64,000 nt of DNA from a virus: IMG/VR virus record IMGVR_UViG_3300032323_000716, positions 51,831-115,830 of that record; one strand, 5' to 3'. The notes beneath the pieces were generated by a model. The model was not told the DNA's origin and searched no databases. It saw nothing but the letters and a program-made list of their open reading frames with translations. Both the position numbers and the translations under genes were made by a program. Shown one piece after another: positions 20,486 to 30,897 of the stretch (positions within the stretch are counted from its first letter, which is position 1; every line of letters starts with the position of its first letter).

Positions 20486-21175
20486 TTACCCTAATAAAAT
20501 TTGGTGATCGAATTCTACAGATTGATTTGATTCATCAGGAATTGGAATATTCCAATGTCGTTTACACATAATAAATTCAAATGTTTTTAAATCATCAAAC
20601 TCTTTACAACGATCTGGGAGATAAAAAAATGCATTAACTCCCCTTGTGTCTACAGTTAAAAATTTATACCCAACGGAAGATAATAGAGTTTTAAATGCAG
20701 AAAGACTAGCACCACAGTTTTTAATATGATACCTATCTAAATTGGGTTTAACTGAGCAAATCAAATTTGGGCCATAGAAAGAAAGGTATTCTGTGCAAAT
20801 AATTGACGGAAAAAATTTATTAGAAAGTAATTCTTTTAATATCCAAAAGTCGATACTATCGATGTCTAAACTAAAGAAATCAGGTGACAAAGTAGGCCAA
20901 CTATTGATTAAATCTTTTATATTTGATAAATTGATTTGTTTAACATTATGTGTATAATTAGGATGAAACCATGCCTGGTCTAACATATCGTGCCCAATGC
21001 CATTATACCCATGATTTTCTATCAAATTTCTTAACATGTTTTCGGTTCCGTTACCCGAACCTATTTCAATTGCTGTAAAATTTTGTTTGATTAATCGAGA
21101 AATCATTGTGTGAATAATACCATCTTCTAAATTCTGAGAGAAGTTTTTATATTCGTAAGATAATCTGTTTTTCAT
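20486..21175 (-). CDS. FkbM-related methyltransferase-like protein
   Basis: SQNLEDGII, EIGSG.G, FFSLDIDSID, GASL, GVNAFF; start ATG21175. Confidence 0.65.
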   Translation of the reverse strand: MKNRLSYEYKNFSQNLEDGIIHTMISRLIKQNFTAIEIGSGNGTENMLRNLIENHGYNGIGHDMLDQAWFHPNYTHNVKQINLSNIKDLINSWPTLSPDFFSLDIDSIDFWILKELLSNKFFPSIICTEYLSFYGPNLICSVKPNLDRYHIKNCGASLSAFKTLLSSVGYKFLTVDTRGVNAFFYLPDRCKEFDDLKTFEFIMCKRHWNIPIPDESNQSVEFDHQILLG

Positions 21176-21214
21176 AAGAATATTTACCAATAAACGTAGC
21201 ACATAAATATTCAT

Positions 21215-21979
21215 ATGAAAAACATTGTAATTGTTACCGGCGGCTTTGACCCCATACATTCCGGGCATATTGCCTACATACAAGAAGCACGAAAATTAGG
21301 AGATTTCCTAGTTATAGGAGCCAATTCAGACGAGTGGCTCAGGCGTAAAAAGAAAAAAGAATTTATGCCTTGGATTGAACGTGCAGCCGTGCTATCTGCC
21401 TTATCTAATGTTGATCGTGTAATCAACTTTGATGACAGCGACAACAGCGCCAAGGATGCAATTAGAAAAGTAAGGTCTATATATCCTAATGATCATATTA
21501 TTTTTGCCAACGGCGGAGATCGAACTAATGCTAATATTCCTGAAATGGATATCAAAGATGAAAATCTAGAGTTTGTTTTTGGAGTAGGTGGCGAACATAA
21601 AATGAATTCAAGTTCTTGGATATTGCAAGAATGGAAAGCGCCTAAGACTGAGCGTCAATGGGGCTATTGGCGGGTTTTACACGAGCAAGGCCAAGAGGTA
21701 AAGTTAAAAGAACTAACCGTTGCTCCCGGCAAAATGCTGTCAATGCAGAAGCATAAAGAAAGAGCAGAACATTGGTTTGTGGCTGACGGTACTGCTACAG
21801 TTTATACTATCAATTCAAGTACTGATGCAGAATTGCACGGAGTATATAAAAAATTCCAACATATTCATATCAATCGTCAAGAGTGGCATCAATTGTGCAA
21901 CGAAGGGGACACTCCCCTAAAGGTTATTGAAATTCAATACGGTGAAAATTGTATAGAAGAGGATATAGAAAGATTATGA
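21215..21979 (+). CDS. cytidylyltransferase fused to mannose-6-phosphate isomerase-type cupin
   Basis: TGGFDPIHSGH, ANGGDR, SSSW; C-term RQWG, LSMQKH..RAEHW, EIQYG..EEDIER. Confidence 0.85.
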   Translation: MKNIVIVTGGFDPIHSGHIAYIQEARKLGDFLVIGANSDEWLRRKKKKEFMPWIERAAVLSALSNVDRVINFDDSDNSAKDAIRKVRSIYPNDHIIFANGGDRTNANIPEMDIKDENLEFVFGVGGEHKMNSSSWILQEWKAPKTERQWGYWRVLHEQGQEVKLKELTVAPGKMLSMQKHKERAEHWFVADGTATVYTINSSTDAELHGVYKKFQHIHINRQEWHQLCNEGDTPLKVIEIQYGENCIEEDIERL

Positions 21980-22662
21980 TAGTGGTTGACAAGTGGTATG
22001 CACCATTTGAGGATTTTTTCTCTCATCTTCCGGGAGGAGAAAGAATAGAAAATTTTGGTAAAGAATCTAGACTAGAAGCATTAAAATTTGTTTTAAAAAA
22101 AAGATCAGTTATAGATATAGGTGCTCACATAGGAATAAGTGTAAATCATTGGTCGACAGAATTTGATAGTGTCTATGCATTCGAACCTCTAAAAGAACAT
22201 TATGATTGTCTAATTAAAAATACTGAAACGTTAAACAATATAAAATCCTACAATTATGGGTTGGGAAACTTTGAGGGTACTACAAAAGGCGCTTACCGTA
22301 GTTTAAAAAATAGCGGATCCTTTCAAATTATAGATAGTAATTATGTACAGCCTAGAAACGAAAATAAGATTAGAAATCTTGTAGATATAGAAATAAAAAA
22401 ATTAGACTCTTTTGAATTTGAAAATATAGATCTTATTAAAATTGACGTAGAAGGATGGGAATTTGAAGTTATTCAAGGGGCTATTGAAACTATTAAAAAA
22501 CATAAACCTGTTTTAATGATAGAAGTGTTAGTTGACCACCCTAACAAAACTTTAAAAACAGGCTATGACAGTAATAAATTAAATGATTTGCTAAAAGATC
22601 TAAATTATAAAGAATCGGCGCATATCATTCCAGACGATAAGATTTTTACACCAAATGAATAA
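21976..22662 (+). CDS. FkbM family methyltransferase
   Basis: IDIGAHIG, AFEP, IKIDVEGWE, PVLMIE. Confidence 0.85.
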   Translation: MIVVDKWYAPFEDFFSHLPGGERIENFGKESRLEALKFVLKKRSVIDIGAHIGISVNHWSTEFDSVYAFEPLKEHYDCLIKNTETLNNIKSYNYGLGNFEGTTKGAYRSLKNSGSFQIIDSNYVQPRNENKIRNLVDIEIKKLDSFEFENIDLIKIDVEGWEFEVIQGAIETIKKHKPVLMIEVLVDHPNKTLKTGYDSNKLNDLLKDLNYKESAHIIPDDKIFTPNE

Positions 22663-23455
22663 TTGGATATTTCTCAGTAAAGAAGGCAAAGATGAATATG
22701 TCAATATGTTTGCTATCGGCAGCGGCGGCCGTGTTATAAACACAGACGACTTTGATTATAGAGACAGCGATGACCCTATTGTTCTTAGAGGTATCTTAAA
22801 ACATAAGATAATGAAAAAATGTTGGCTGGATGGCCGAGATTTTTATTTTATGGATACAGGATATATGGGTAATCATCGAGGACCTTTAAATCCTATGGGA
22901 TGGAAATTTTATCATCGAATTGTTAAAAATGATTTGCAACACAGTGAGATGATCAAAAGACCAGATGATCGTTTTCGTAAGTTAGCCATTCCGTTACACG
23001 ATTGGAAAAAAGGCGGAAGAAAAATCTTAATTGCTAAGCCAGACGAAAAGCCTATGAAATTCTATGGTTTGGAATTAGACGAGTGGTTACAAGAAACTAT
23101 TAATACTATTAAAAAATATACTGATAGACCTATTGAAGTTAGAGAAAGAGTTAAGAGTAGAGTAGAACGTACTATTAATAGCACACTAAAAGAAGCACTA
23201 GATAACGATGTTCATTGCCTAGTTACTTTTAACAGTAATTCGGCCACAGAGGCAGTAATGTATGGATACCCGGCATTTACTTTATCGCAGACACATGCCG
23301 CATCTCCTGTGACTAGCCAAGACCTTAGTAAAATAGAAACACCTTTTTATCCAGACAAAGATTTAGTTTATGCATGGGCCTGCCACTTGGCCTATGGACA
23401 ATTTCATATAGATGAACTTAAAGATGGCTCAGCATGGAGAATTTTAAATGAGTGA
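22655..23455 (+). CDS. capsule-biosynthesis (KpsS/KpsC-like) GT-B protein
   Basis: MDTGY, VTFNSNSATEAVMYGYP C-terminal motif; paralog of 24914 and 28831. Confidence 0.5.
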   Translation: MNNWIFLSKEGKDEYVNMFAIGSGGRVINTDDFDYRDSDDPIVLRGILKHKIMKKCWLDGRDFYFMDTGYMGNHRGPLNPMGWKFYHRIVKNDLQHSEMIKRPDDRFRKLAIPLHDWKKGGRKILIAKPDEKPMKFYGLELDEWLQETINTIKKYTDRPIEVRERVKSRVERTINSTLKEALDNDVHCLVTFNSNSATEAVMYGYPAFTLSQTHAASPVTSQDLSKIETPFYPDKDLVYAWACHLAYGQFHIDELKDGSAWRILNE

Positions 23456-24917
23456 TGGTTTTTTACCTGTTTATGTAGGTTATGATTATAGAGAAGATAT
23501 TGCATATAAAGTCTGCGAATATTCTATCTATAAAAATACGCCAAGTGCCGAAGTTAAGCCTCTTAAACAAGATCAATTAAGAAGAGACGGTTATTACACT
23601 AGAGAAGTTGATCCTTTAAGTTCTACAGAATTTACGTTTACTAGATTTTTAGTTCCACACCTTATGAATCTCGAAGGGTGGGCATTATTCTGTGACTGCG
23701 ACTTTGTATGGGATGGTGATATACAGAGAGTATTTGACCAGGCAGATTCTAGATACGCCGTTATGGTAGTTAAACATAATTACAATCCTACAAACACTGT
23801 TAAGATGGATGGCAAAACACAGAGTCAATATCCAAGAAAAAATTGGAGTTCAATGATATTATGGAATTGCAGCCATCCATCTAATGCCAAACTTACTTTA
23901 GAAGATATTAATAATCAGTCCGGTTCTTATTTGCATAGATTTCAATGGCTAGATGATTCAGAAATAGGCGAACTAAATGTTCAATACAATTTTTTAGTAG
24001 GACATAACAAGCCCGAACAATGCCACAGTGGTAAACCGGTAGCCTATCATTGGACTGAGGGAGGTCCTTGGTTCCCTCAATACATGGACTGCGAATATAA
24101 AACTATCTGGTATCAATATCTTATTGAATATTCTAACGAATTAAGCAGAAACAATGTAACTGCTTATTCTCCTATTACATGGGTTACTTCTCTTTCCAGA
24201 GAATATTGGGAATACTGCGCCAAACACACTATGCCTACATGGAGTAGACTGCCGGGAGATGTAGTAGTGGTATGGGACGATAAACCTGTAGATTTTCCTG
24301 TTGGCAGAACTTACAATTTTTGGAAAGAAGTGGCCAGTCCTGACGATCCGTGGGTCAAGGAAGGCATGGGCGGAAGCAAAGCCGATAGATTTTGGAAAAA
24401 AAGTCGTGTACAGGTATGGGCTGCAAGAAAATTCAAAGGCATAGTCATATGGATTGACGCTGACATAGCCGTAACTGCACCGTTGAGTCGTCCTCGAGCA
24501 TTGGAATTGTTACATCCGGGAAAAAATGTTTGGGGAACACTAGACTGCGGCAGTGATCATCCACAAAAGTATGATCACATTGATACTGGAATTGTATCTT
24601 TTAATTCAAGACATTTAGAATTTGATAAATTTATCAAAGAATATTCCTTAATGTGGTATAACGGAAAGATATATGAATGTAGACAACCGTATGATCACTA
24701 TGCAGTAACAATGCTAAGTAAAAAATGGCCTGTGCAAACTTTTGTACCGCATTGGTCTAAGTGGGCTTCGTCTACAGACGAATATCCAAACAGATTTAAC
24801 ATGCAGAACAGTTATGTCAAAGATTATTTCGAACATTATCTAGGAATAGAGAAAAAAGAACAATTAAAAAGACTAAACGGCGACGAAGTAGTTTCCAAAA
24901 AGGAAAAGAAAAAATGA
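23448..24917 (+). CDS. two-domain glycosyltransferase
   Basis: N-half STEFTFTRFLVP, FCDCD, YPRKNWSS, HWTEGGPW; C-half WIDAD, DTG..SFN. Confidence 0.75.
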   Translation: MSDGFLPVYVGYDYREDIAYKVCEYSIYKNTPSAEVKPLKQDQLRRDGYYTREVDPLSSTEFTFTRFLVPHLMNLEGWALFCDCDFVWDGDIQRVFDQADSRYAVMVVKHNYNPTNTVKMDGKTQSQYPRKNWSSMILWNCSHPSNAKLTLEDINNQSGSYLHRFQWLDDSEIGELNVQYNFLVGHNKPEQCHSGKPVAYHWTEGGPWFPQYMDCEYKTIWYQYLIEYSNELSRNNVTAYSPITWVTSLSREYWEYCAKHTMPTWSRLPGDVVVVWDDKPVDFPVGRTYNFWKEVASPDDPWVKEGMGGSKADRFWKKSRVQVWAARKFKGIVIWIDADIAVTAPLSRPRALELLHPGKNVWGTLDCGSDHPQKYDHIDTGIVSFNSRHLEFDKFIKEYSLMWYNGKIYECRQPYDHYAVTMLSKKWPVQTFVPHWSKWASSTDEYPNRFNMQNSYVKDYFEHYLGIEKKEQLKRLNGDEVVSKKEKKK

Positions 24918-25852
24918 AATTTGTAGTCTACCAGGCATGCTTACCTGCGACAAATAAAAACCTAGAAAAAAATGAAATTTTAAATAGATTTCCTTTGGGC
25001 GTAGCCTATCTAGGTCAAGATGAAGTGATTATTCACGAACAAAGAAATCTTATAGAAGCAGATGTAGCCATGATGGTAGGTTGGGTACATGAAGATTCCG
25101 CTGATACTCCGCATTTGGTATTTCGTAAACAGGTTATCGATGATCAAAGAAAAAGAAATAAAAAAGTTCTATTAGCAGATTCAAATTTATTCCTTTACAA
25201 AGATAAGAGTAATCCTCATCATTATCTTAGATATAGTTACAATGGAATTTTCCCCAATACTGGAGAATATTGTGATCAAGATATTGATCCTAATAGATGG
25301 AAACACTTATCTCAGAACATAGGCATTGGTCTAAAAGACTATCGAACTAACGGTAATCATATTTTGTTATGTCTACAACGTAACGGAGGTTGGAGTATGG
25401 GCGGGTTTGATGTAGTCGACTGGACTGCACAAATTATAAAAGAATTAAGAAAGTACACTGACAGGGAAATAGTCATTAGAGCACACCCAGGAGATAAAAA
25501 ATCTAAAAATTATCTTTCTCCAAACAATCTAATTAAGAAAATTGGATTTTTAAAAGGGGTTCGTCTTAGTCGAGACGGTGTTGACCTATTAGGAGATCTC
25601 AAACATTGCTGGGCTGTAGTAAATTATAACTCTAGTCCTACTGTAGGAGCAGCCATTGAGGGATTCCCTGTGTTTGTAACAGATCCTAATCGTAGCCAAT
25701 GTAAAGAGATCGCAAATACTGATTTGTCAAAAATAGAAAATCCAGAGTTGCCTGACAGACAGCAATGGGCTGAACGTCTTGCCATGTTCCATTGGAACTT
25801 TAATGAAATAGCCAACGGTGAATGTTGGTCGCACATGAGAAAATATGCTTAA
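24914..25852 (+). CDS. capsule-biosynthesis (KpsS/KpsC-like) GT-B protein
   Basis: LLCLQ, IRAHP, VNYNSS..GAAIEGFPV. Confidence 0.55.
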   Translation: MKFVVYQACLPATNKNLEKNEILNRFPLGVAYLGQDEVIIHEQRNLIEADVAMMVGWVHEDSADTPHLVFRKQVIDDQRKRNKKVLLADSNLFLYKDKSNPHHYLRYSYNGIFPNTGEYCDQDIDPNRWKHLSQNIGIGLKDYRTNGNHILLCLQRNGGWSMGGFDVVDWTAQIIKELRKYTDREIVIRAHPGDKKSKNYLSPNNLIKKIGFLKGVRLSRDGVDLLGDLKHCWAVVNYNSSPTVGAAIEGFPVFVTDPNRSQCKEIANTDLSKIENPELPDRQQWAERLAMFHWNFNEIANGECWSHMRKYA

Positions 25853-26561
25853 TATCGAAGTTATTACCAGTTTTAATCAACATTACTACAACCTCATTGG
25901 TAAAGACGCTGTTTCTACTTGGTTAAAGTATTGGCCAAATGACATGTCTCTAACCTGTTATGTGGAAGAATTTAACTTACCACACGATTCTCGAATAAAA
26001 CAAATTTCTTTTGACACATTTGAAAAAGAATATTTTTTATTTCAAGAAACAGAGCATAAACAGGTTAAGAAATTCTCTAAAAAAGCATGGAGTTTTATAC
26101 ATGCCATGCAGCACTCCACTGCCGATAGGATTGTATGGCTAGATGCTGATGTTTTACATACCGACTACATTGAGAAAAAATTTCTCAATGGAATATTGCC
26201 TGATGATGTATTAAGTACCCACATGGGTGTAACATATTATTCAGCAAAAGACGGTACTCCTGGCAGGTGGTTTGTTCCTGAGACAGGGTTTTTTGCCGTT
26301 AATACCAAACATAAACTTTTTGATCAATTTAGATCAGAATATAGACGTCATTACGTAGAACGTGATCATACAAATATGAGAAGATTCTACGACAACGACG
26401 TATATGGATATGTATTTGAGAAATTAAAAGCCCCGGGTAATGATCTTTGTAAAGATTTTACCAAGGGCTACAAAACACCAATGAGGCACACTGTATTGGC
26501 ACCTTATATGCAACACTATAAGGCTAAGCACAGCAAAGCAGAATTTAATTCTGACGACTGA
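25845..26561 (+). CDS. GT-A glycosyltransferase-like protein
   Basis: KFSKK, WLDADV, ETGFFAVN, HYKAK. Confidence 0.65.
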   Translation: MLNIEVITSFNQHYYNLIGKDAVSTWLKYWPNDMSLTCYVEEFNLPHDSRIKQISFDTFEKEYFLFQETEHKQVKKFSKKAWSFIHAMQHSTADRIVWLDADVLHTDYIEKKFLNGILPDDVLSTHMGVTYYSAKDGTPGRWFVPETGFFAVNTKHKLFDQFRSEYRRHYVERDHTNMRRFYDNDVYGYVFEKLKAPGNDLCKDFTKGYKTPMRHTVLAPYMQHYKAKHSKAEFNSDD

Positions 26562-27369
26562 CCCAATACTTTTCAGTTCTGGGTCTTATAAAATCAGTAT
26601 TAAGACTTTTTCCGTAATTTTTTCTGTTACCTTTGAGGTGATCTAGGTACGCACCCCACTCACTGTTGATTAGAGGATGGCCTTCACCTTTAATCAAGCC
26701 TTTACACCAATCATTCCACTGCCATTCTGGATGTCTTAGTTTAACTTCTTTGCGAACTTCGTCAAAGACCCAGCAATCGTTCCATTCACTAAATTGGAAT
26801 AGTCTACCGCTATCATAGGCCTGTTGAAATTCAAACAAGAATTCTTGGGTAAAGGGATCTTTAAGATTCATAGAATACAAACCACACTCTGTAAACTTCT
26901 TTTCTCTACCTAAAAATCCTAGACCGATATGAGGTTGCGACATTTTTTCAATAAAATGATGCGGAATAGGTGTATGACATACCATATCAGCGTCCATCCA
27001 GAACAACAGATCAGCATCGGTGTTACGTGCCGCATGGCAGACCGAATAGATCTTATGGCTGAAGCGTATAGCATCCCATCTAAACCCAACTCCTGGCCTT
27101 TTTCCTTTCTTATCAGGAGGACCTGTAGGAACCTCACCTCTGGCTCGTGGATCGTTGCCCCATTTATTTTTAAATGCTACTAGATCCGGACAGGAATCGT
27201 GCAAATCTCTTACTATAAGATTTTCTGAAGACTCGGATATGCTATGATCTTGGGGATACGCATATAATGTAATATCTTCTGGCCAAGTTTTTAAGAATGT
27301 TTGAATCATTCTCTTGGCATATTTGTCATACCCTTCCTTATGGAAGGTAGTAACTACGGCTTTTTTCAT
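26545..27369 (-). CDS. GT-A glycosyltransferase-like protein
   Basis: RFSHK, WMDAD, ECGLY, DCWVFD, HLKG. Confidence 0.7.
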   Translation of the reverse strand: MKKAVVTTFHKEGYDKYAKRMIQTFLKTWPEDITLYAYPQDHSISESSENLIVRDLHDSCPDLVAFKNKWGNDPRARGEVPTGPPDKKGKRPGVGFRWDAIRFSHKIYSVCHAARNTDADLLFWMDADMVCHTPIPHHFIEKMSQPHIGLGFLGREKKFTECGLYSMNLKDPFTQEFLFEFQQAYDSGRLFQFSEWNDCWVFDEVRKEVKLRHPEWQWNDWCKGLIKGEGHPLINSEWGAYLDHLKGNRKNYGKSLNTDFIRPRTEKYWVSRQN

Positions 27370-28349
27370 TTATTAGAATATCTCTTGATGTCTGCTTCAA
27401 CCATCATTTTAACAAGTCCGTCAAAATCTGTTCTACGCTTCCAACCTAGTACAGTTTCTGCCTTTGCAGGATTGCCGCATAGACTATGTAATTCTGCAGG
27501 ACGTACAAATGCCGGGTTGGTTTCAATATATTTTTGCCAATCTTCAATGCCAGCATGTTTAAATGCACGTTCTAATAAATCGCCAATTGTATACTGTACT
27601 CCGGTAGCAATAACATAGTCGCCTGGCTCTGGTTGTTGTAACATTAACCACATGGCTTCAACAAAGTCGCCAGCAAATCCCCAGTCACGTTTTGCATCTA
27701 GATTGCCTAAGACAATTTTATCAGCAAGGCCCATTTTGATTTTAGCAACGCCGTCTGTAATTTTACGTGTGACAAATTCTTTACCTCTAATTGGTGATTC
27801 GTGATTAAACAAAATACCATTTGATGCATGTAGGCTATAACTTTCACGGAAATTTACAGTCATCCAGTAGGCATACAACTTGGCAACACCGTACGGGCTA
27901 CGAGGCCAGAATGGAGTTTTTTCATCTTGCTGTCCTCCGGAGATTTCTATGCTGTTTCCAAACATTTCTGAGGTACTGGCTTGATAATATTTGGTATCAG
28001 GATTGTGTTGCTTGATAGCATTTAGGATATTTAACGGGCCAACCGCATTAACTTCGGTAGTTAGTTTATTGAGATCCCAACTGGCTCCAACGAAACTTTG
28101 TGCAGCAAGATTATAAAATTCACTTGGCTTTAAACTTTTGACCAAATGATTCATACAGCCGTCATCTGTGATATCGCCGGTGATCAATTCCACTTCATTT
28201 TCAATTCCTAAGAATTTAATATTGTCTAAATTTGGATTAGAATAACGTTTGACTAGCCCGTACACTTTATAATTTTTTTCTAAAAGTAATTTAGCAAGAT
28301 ACGGCCCATCTTGCCCTGTCATCCCTGTGACAAATGCGATTTTTTTCAT
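27366..28349 (-). CDS. gmd: GDP-mannose 4,6-dehydratase
   Basis: TGMTGQDG, YNLAAQSFV, QASTSEMFG, PRSPYGVAK, NHESP, RDWG. Confidence 0.95.
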   Translation of the reverse strand: MKKIAFVTGMTGQDGPYLAKLLLEKNYKVYGLVKRYSNPNLDNIKFLGIENEVELITGDITDDGCMNHLVKSLKPSEFYNLAAQSFVGASWDLNKLTTEVNAVGPLNILNAIKQHNPDTKYYQASTSEMFGNSIEISGGQQDEKTPFWPRSPYGVAKLYAYWMTVNFRESYSLHASNGILFNHESPIRGKEFVTRKITDGVAKIKMGLADKIVLGNLDAKRDWGFAGDFVEAMWLMLQQPEPGDYVIATGVQYTIGDLLERAFKHAGIEDWQKYIETNPAFVRPAELHSLCGNPAKAETVLGWKRRTDFDGLVKMMVEADIKRYSNK

Positions 28350-28397
28350 AGCGATCCTATATAAAGTAAGCAGTTTATTTATTAAAGCAGAAAACGC

Positions 28398-28793
28398 TCA
28401 TCGCAATTTCCACTGAAAGTAAGTTTTGTGGATTTCTACAATTTGGTAGTTGTGAGATTTCAAAAAATTTTGATTTTCCTTAGAAATCAATTCTGGACCT
28501 TCGATGATTATCAAAGAACTCCATCTTTTGAACAACGGTAATAGATCTACTAGATGATTTTGATGATCCAAGTCGAGTAAAATTAAATCAACATCGTGTA
28601 AAGAATGAATATTGTCAAAATTTTCTCTATAAACGATATTTCTCGCACGTATGATCCGCCGATGATTGTCAACTAGAAAAATTGTGTTATAAGAATCTAT
28701 GATTTCTTGAACATTTCCCCAAGCATTGCCAACGACCAAGACATTTCGGGCTTTTTTGTTTAACTTTTTTATCCGTTTAGCAAATTTACTCAT
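28398..28793 (-). CDS. hypothetical protein (possible degenerate Rossmann fold)
   Basis: 131-aa ORF with NVLVVG strand. Confidence 0.55.
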   Translation of the reverse strand: MSKFAKRIKKLNKKARNVLVVGNAWGNVQEIIDSYNTIFLVDNHRRIIRARNIVYRENFDNIHSLHDVDLILLDLDHQNHLVDLLPLFKRWSSLIIIEGPELISKENQNFLKSHNYQIVEIHKTYFQWKLR

Positions 28794-28830
28794 GGTTTAA
28801 TTATTAAATACTAGGATATTTATATTCTAG

Positions 28831-29658
28831 ATGAAATTCAAATTATGGAGAGAGCATGGTGCTCTCAATAGCCCTCCTATCTTTGCCGCTGTTGAGCAGG
28901 GACTCAAAAAAATCGGCATGACTGTGGTCGACAGAGATCAAGACATTGATGTGATATGGTCAGTTTTGTGGCAAGGTCGTATGATGCCAAATAAAATCAT
29001 CTACGAAAAGGCCAAATTATTGAACAAGCCAATAATGATCATAGAAGTTGGTAATCTCTTAAGAGGAAGCACTTGGAGAATCAGTCTTGATCATATACAT
29101 GGTTTGGGAACTTTTGCCAACAGCAATAATCTTGATATACACAGACCAAAAAAATTAGGTATAGCATTAAAAAATATCAAAAATTCTAGAAAAGATTCCA
29201 TACTGATTGCCTGCCAACATGCCAATAGTCTACAATGGGCAGGCCAGCCTACTATAGGACATTGGGTGTACAAGACTGTTGAAGAAGTGCGTCAATACTC
29301 TGACAGGCCTATAATAGTTCGACCCCATCCGAGATCACCTATTTCCATAAAATTGCCAGGAGTTGAAGTTATTACGCCTGCAAAAGTACCTAACACCTAT
29401 GATGACTTTAATATTTCGTATGACCATCATTGTGTGATCAATTACAATAGTGGTCCGGCTGTAAAGGCTGCCATAGAAGGAACACCAGTCATCTGTGACC
29501 AAACCAGTTTGGCATGGCCTGTCTCAGATAAAATTGAAAATTTAGACAAAATTTCACTTCCGGATAGAGAAGATTGGTTTTTAAAACTTTGTCATACCGA
29601 ATGGACTGTGCCTGAATTGCAAAACGGTGAACCATTTTCTAGATTGTTTTTAAAATAA
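28831..29658 (+). CDS. capsule-biosynthesis (KpsS/KpsC-like) GT-B protein
   Basis: IEVG, LIACQ, VRPHP, INYNSGPAVKAAIEGTP. Confidence 0.55.
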   Translation: MKFKLWREHGALNSPPIFAAVEQGLKKIGMTVVDRDQDIDVIWSVLWQGRMMPNKIIYEKAKLLNKPIMIIEVGNLLRGSTWRISLDHIHGLGTFANSNNLDIHRPKKLGIALKNIKNSRKDSILIACQHANSLQWAGQPTIGHWVYKTVEEVRQYSDRPIIVRPHPRSPISIKLPGVEVITPAKVPNTYDDFNISYDHHCVINYNSGPAVKAAIEGTPVICDQTSLAWPVSDKIENLDKISLPDREDWFLKLCHTEWTVPELQNGEPFSRLFLK

Positions 29659-29662
29659 AAAC

Positions 29663-29691
29663 TTGACTTTTAGTCCTTAGGTGTGTACAAT
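29663..29691 (+). promoter_or_regulatory. sigma70-type promoter
   Basis: TTGACT-N17-TACAAT, 6 nt before ATG29698. Confidence 0.65.
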
Positions 29692-29697
29692 AATAAT

Positions 29698-30897
29698 ATG
29701 TCAAATTTGTCATATATAGAAGATATTTTTAATCAGTTCTACACTTTGATCTATCAACAACAACTGTTGATTTCAAAACAAGATCTTACGGCTACTTATA
29801 GCCTACATGAATATTGTGTGGACGACAATAAATTTCTCACATTGAATCAATCCAACTATCTTTTAAAGATTTTATCCAGATATCAATCCGAATCTGCTCA
29901 ACTAGGTTTAGATTATAAAGATAATCTAATTAGTCCACAATGGAAAAAAGTCTTTAGGACTTTGGATCTTTCTAAGAAAGTTTTTGTCGAACAAGACAAA
30001 GACAAAAAATGGTGGATTTGCCTCAAATTTCCATTTTCTCTCAAAGAAACTTTTGACAACGAAATTAAAAATGAAAGATCAAATAGTGATAACAATAAAT
30101 GGGATCACGACAGAAAATTAAGGTTAGTTGAAGTTTATAAACACAATGTAATGCACATAAACGAGTTTGTAAATCATCATGGATTTGACATAGATAACAC
30201 GTTTTTATCGCTGGTCAGCGAAGTTGAAGAGATCTGGCAGCAACAAGATTCTATCACTACCTATGCAGTATACGAAGACAACTCAGTTAGACTGGTCAAT
30301 GCAGTAGCCGATGCAGAGACCTATTTTAATGAGAGAAAAACTGGCATTTACGAAGAGGACATTTTCTTGGCAAAAACCATGGGATATCCACTGAGATTGT
30401 CAAAAATTGCTGATTCGGTTTTAGAGAACATTTGTTCAAAAAATACAAATCAGTTTTGGTTAAAAGAAAATAATAAATTTTTTGAACTTCATAACCAGGC
30501 AGGTGGTAAGTCTGCAATCCTTTTAGATAGGAATACCAAAGATATTGTAGGATGGTTGAAAAAATTCGTTTATGAAGCAGAAAATGCTGGTTGTAAAGAT
30601 CAGATTAAAATCTGTTTTAGAGAAAGCGGAGACGATCATTCTGGATTGAATTCTTGGATCAAAGAAAATAATCTAGGCGGAAAAGTCGAACAAGGTAAGA
30701 TTTTTATTTTTCTACAAAAGCCACCTAAGTGGTTGTTTAGAGACAAAATAGATGTTAAAATTGTAGGTACGAATTGCTATGTACCACCACTAAGCGATTC
30801 TATAACAGCACCGTGGTTATTTGCTCATCCTTGTCTATGTTATCTAGGAGACATAAAGCCAACGGTCATAAGGAACTATAAAATTGTCAGTGTGTAA
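29698..30897 (+). CDS. hypothetical protein upstream of helicase
   Basis: ~400-aa ORF overlapping uvsW start. Confidence 0.6.
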   Translation: MSNLSYIEDIFNQFYTLIYQQQLLISKQDLTATYSLHEYCVDDNKFLTLNQSNYLLKILSRYQSESAQLGLDYKDNLISPQWKKVFRTLDLSKKVFVEQDKDKKWWICLKFPFSLKETFDNEIKNERSNSDNNKWDHDRKLRLVEVYKHNVMHINEFVNHHGFDIDNTFLSLVSEVEEIWQQQDSITTYAVYEDNSVRLVNAVADAETYFNERKTGIYEEDIFLAKTMGYPLRLSKIADSVLENICSKNTNQFWLKENNKFFELHNQAGGKSAILLDRNTKDIVGWLKKFVYEAENAGCKDQIKICFRESGDDHSGLNSWIKENNLGGKVEQGKIFIFLQKPPKWLFRDKIDVKIVGTNCYVPPLSDSITAPWLFAHPCLCYLGDIKPTVIRNYKIVSV

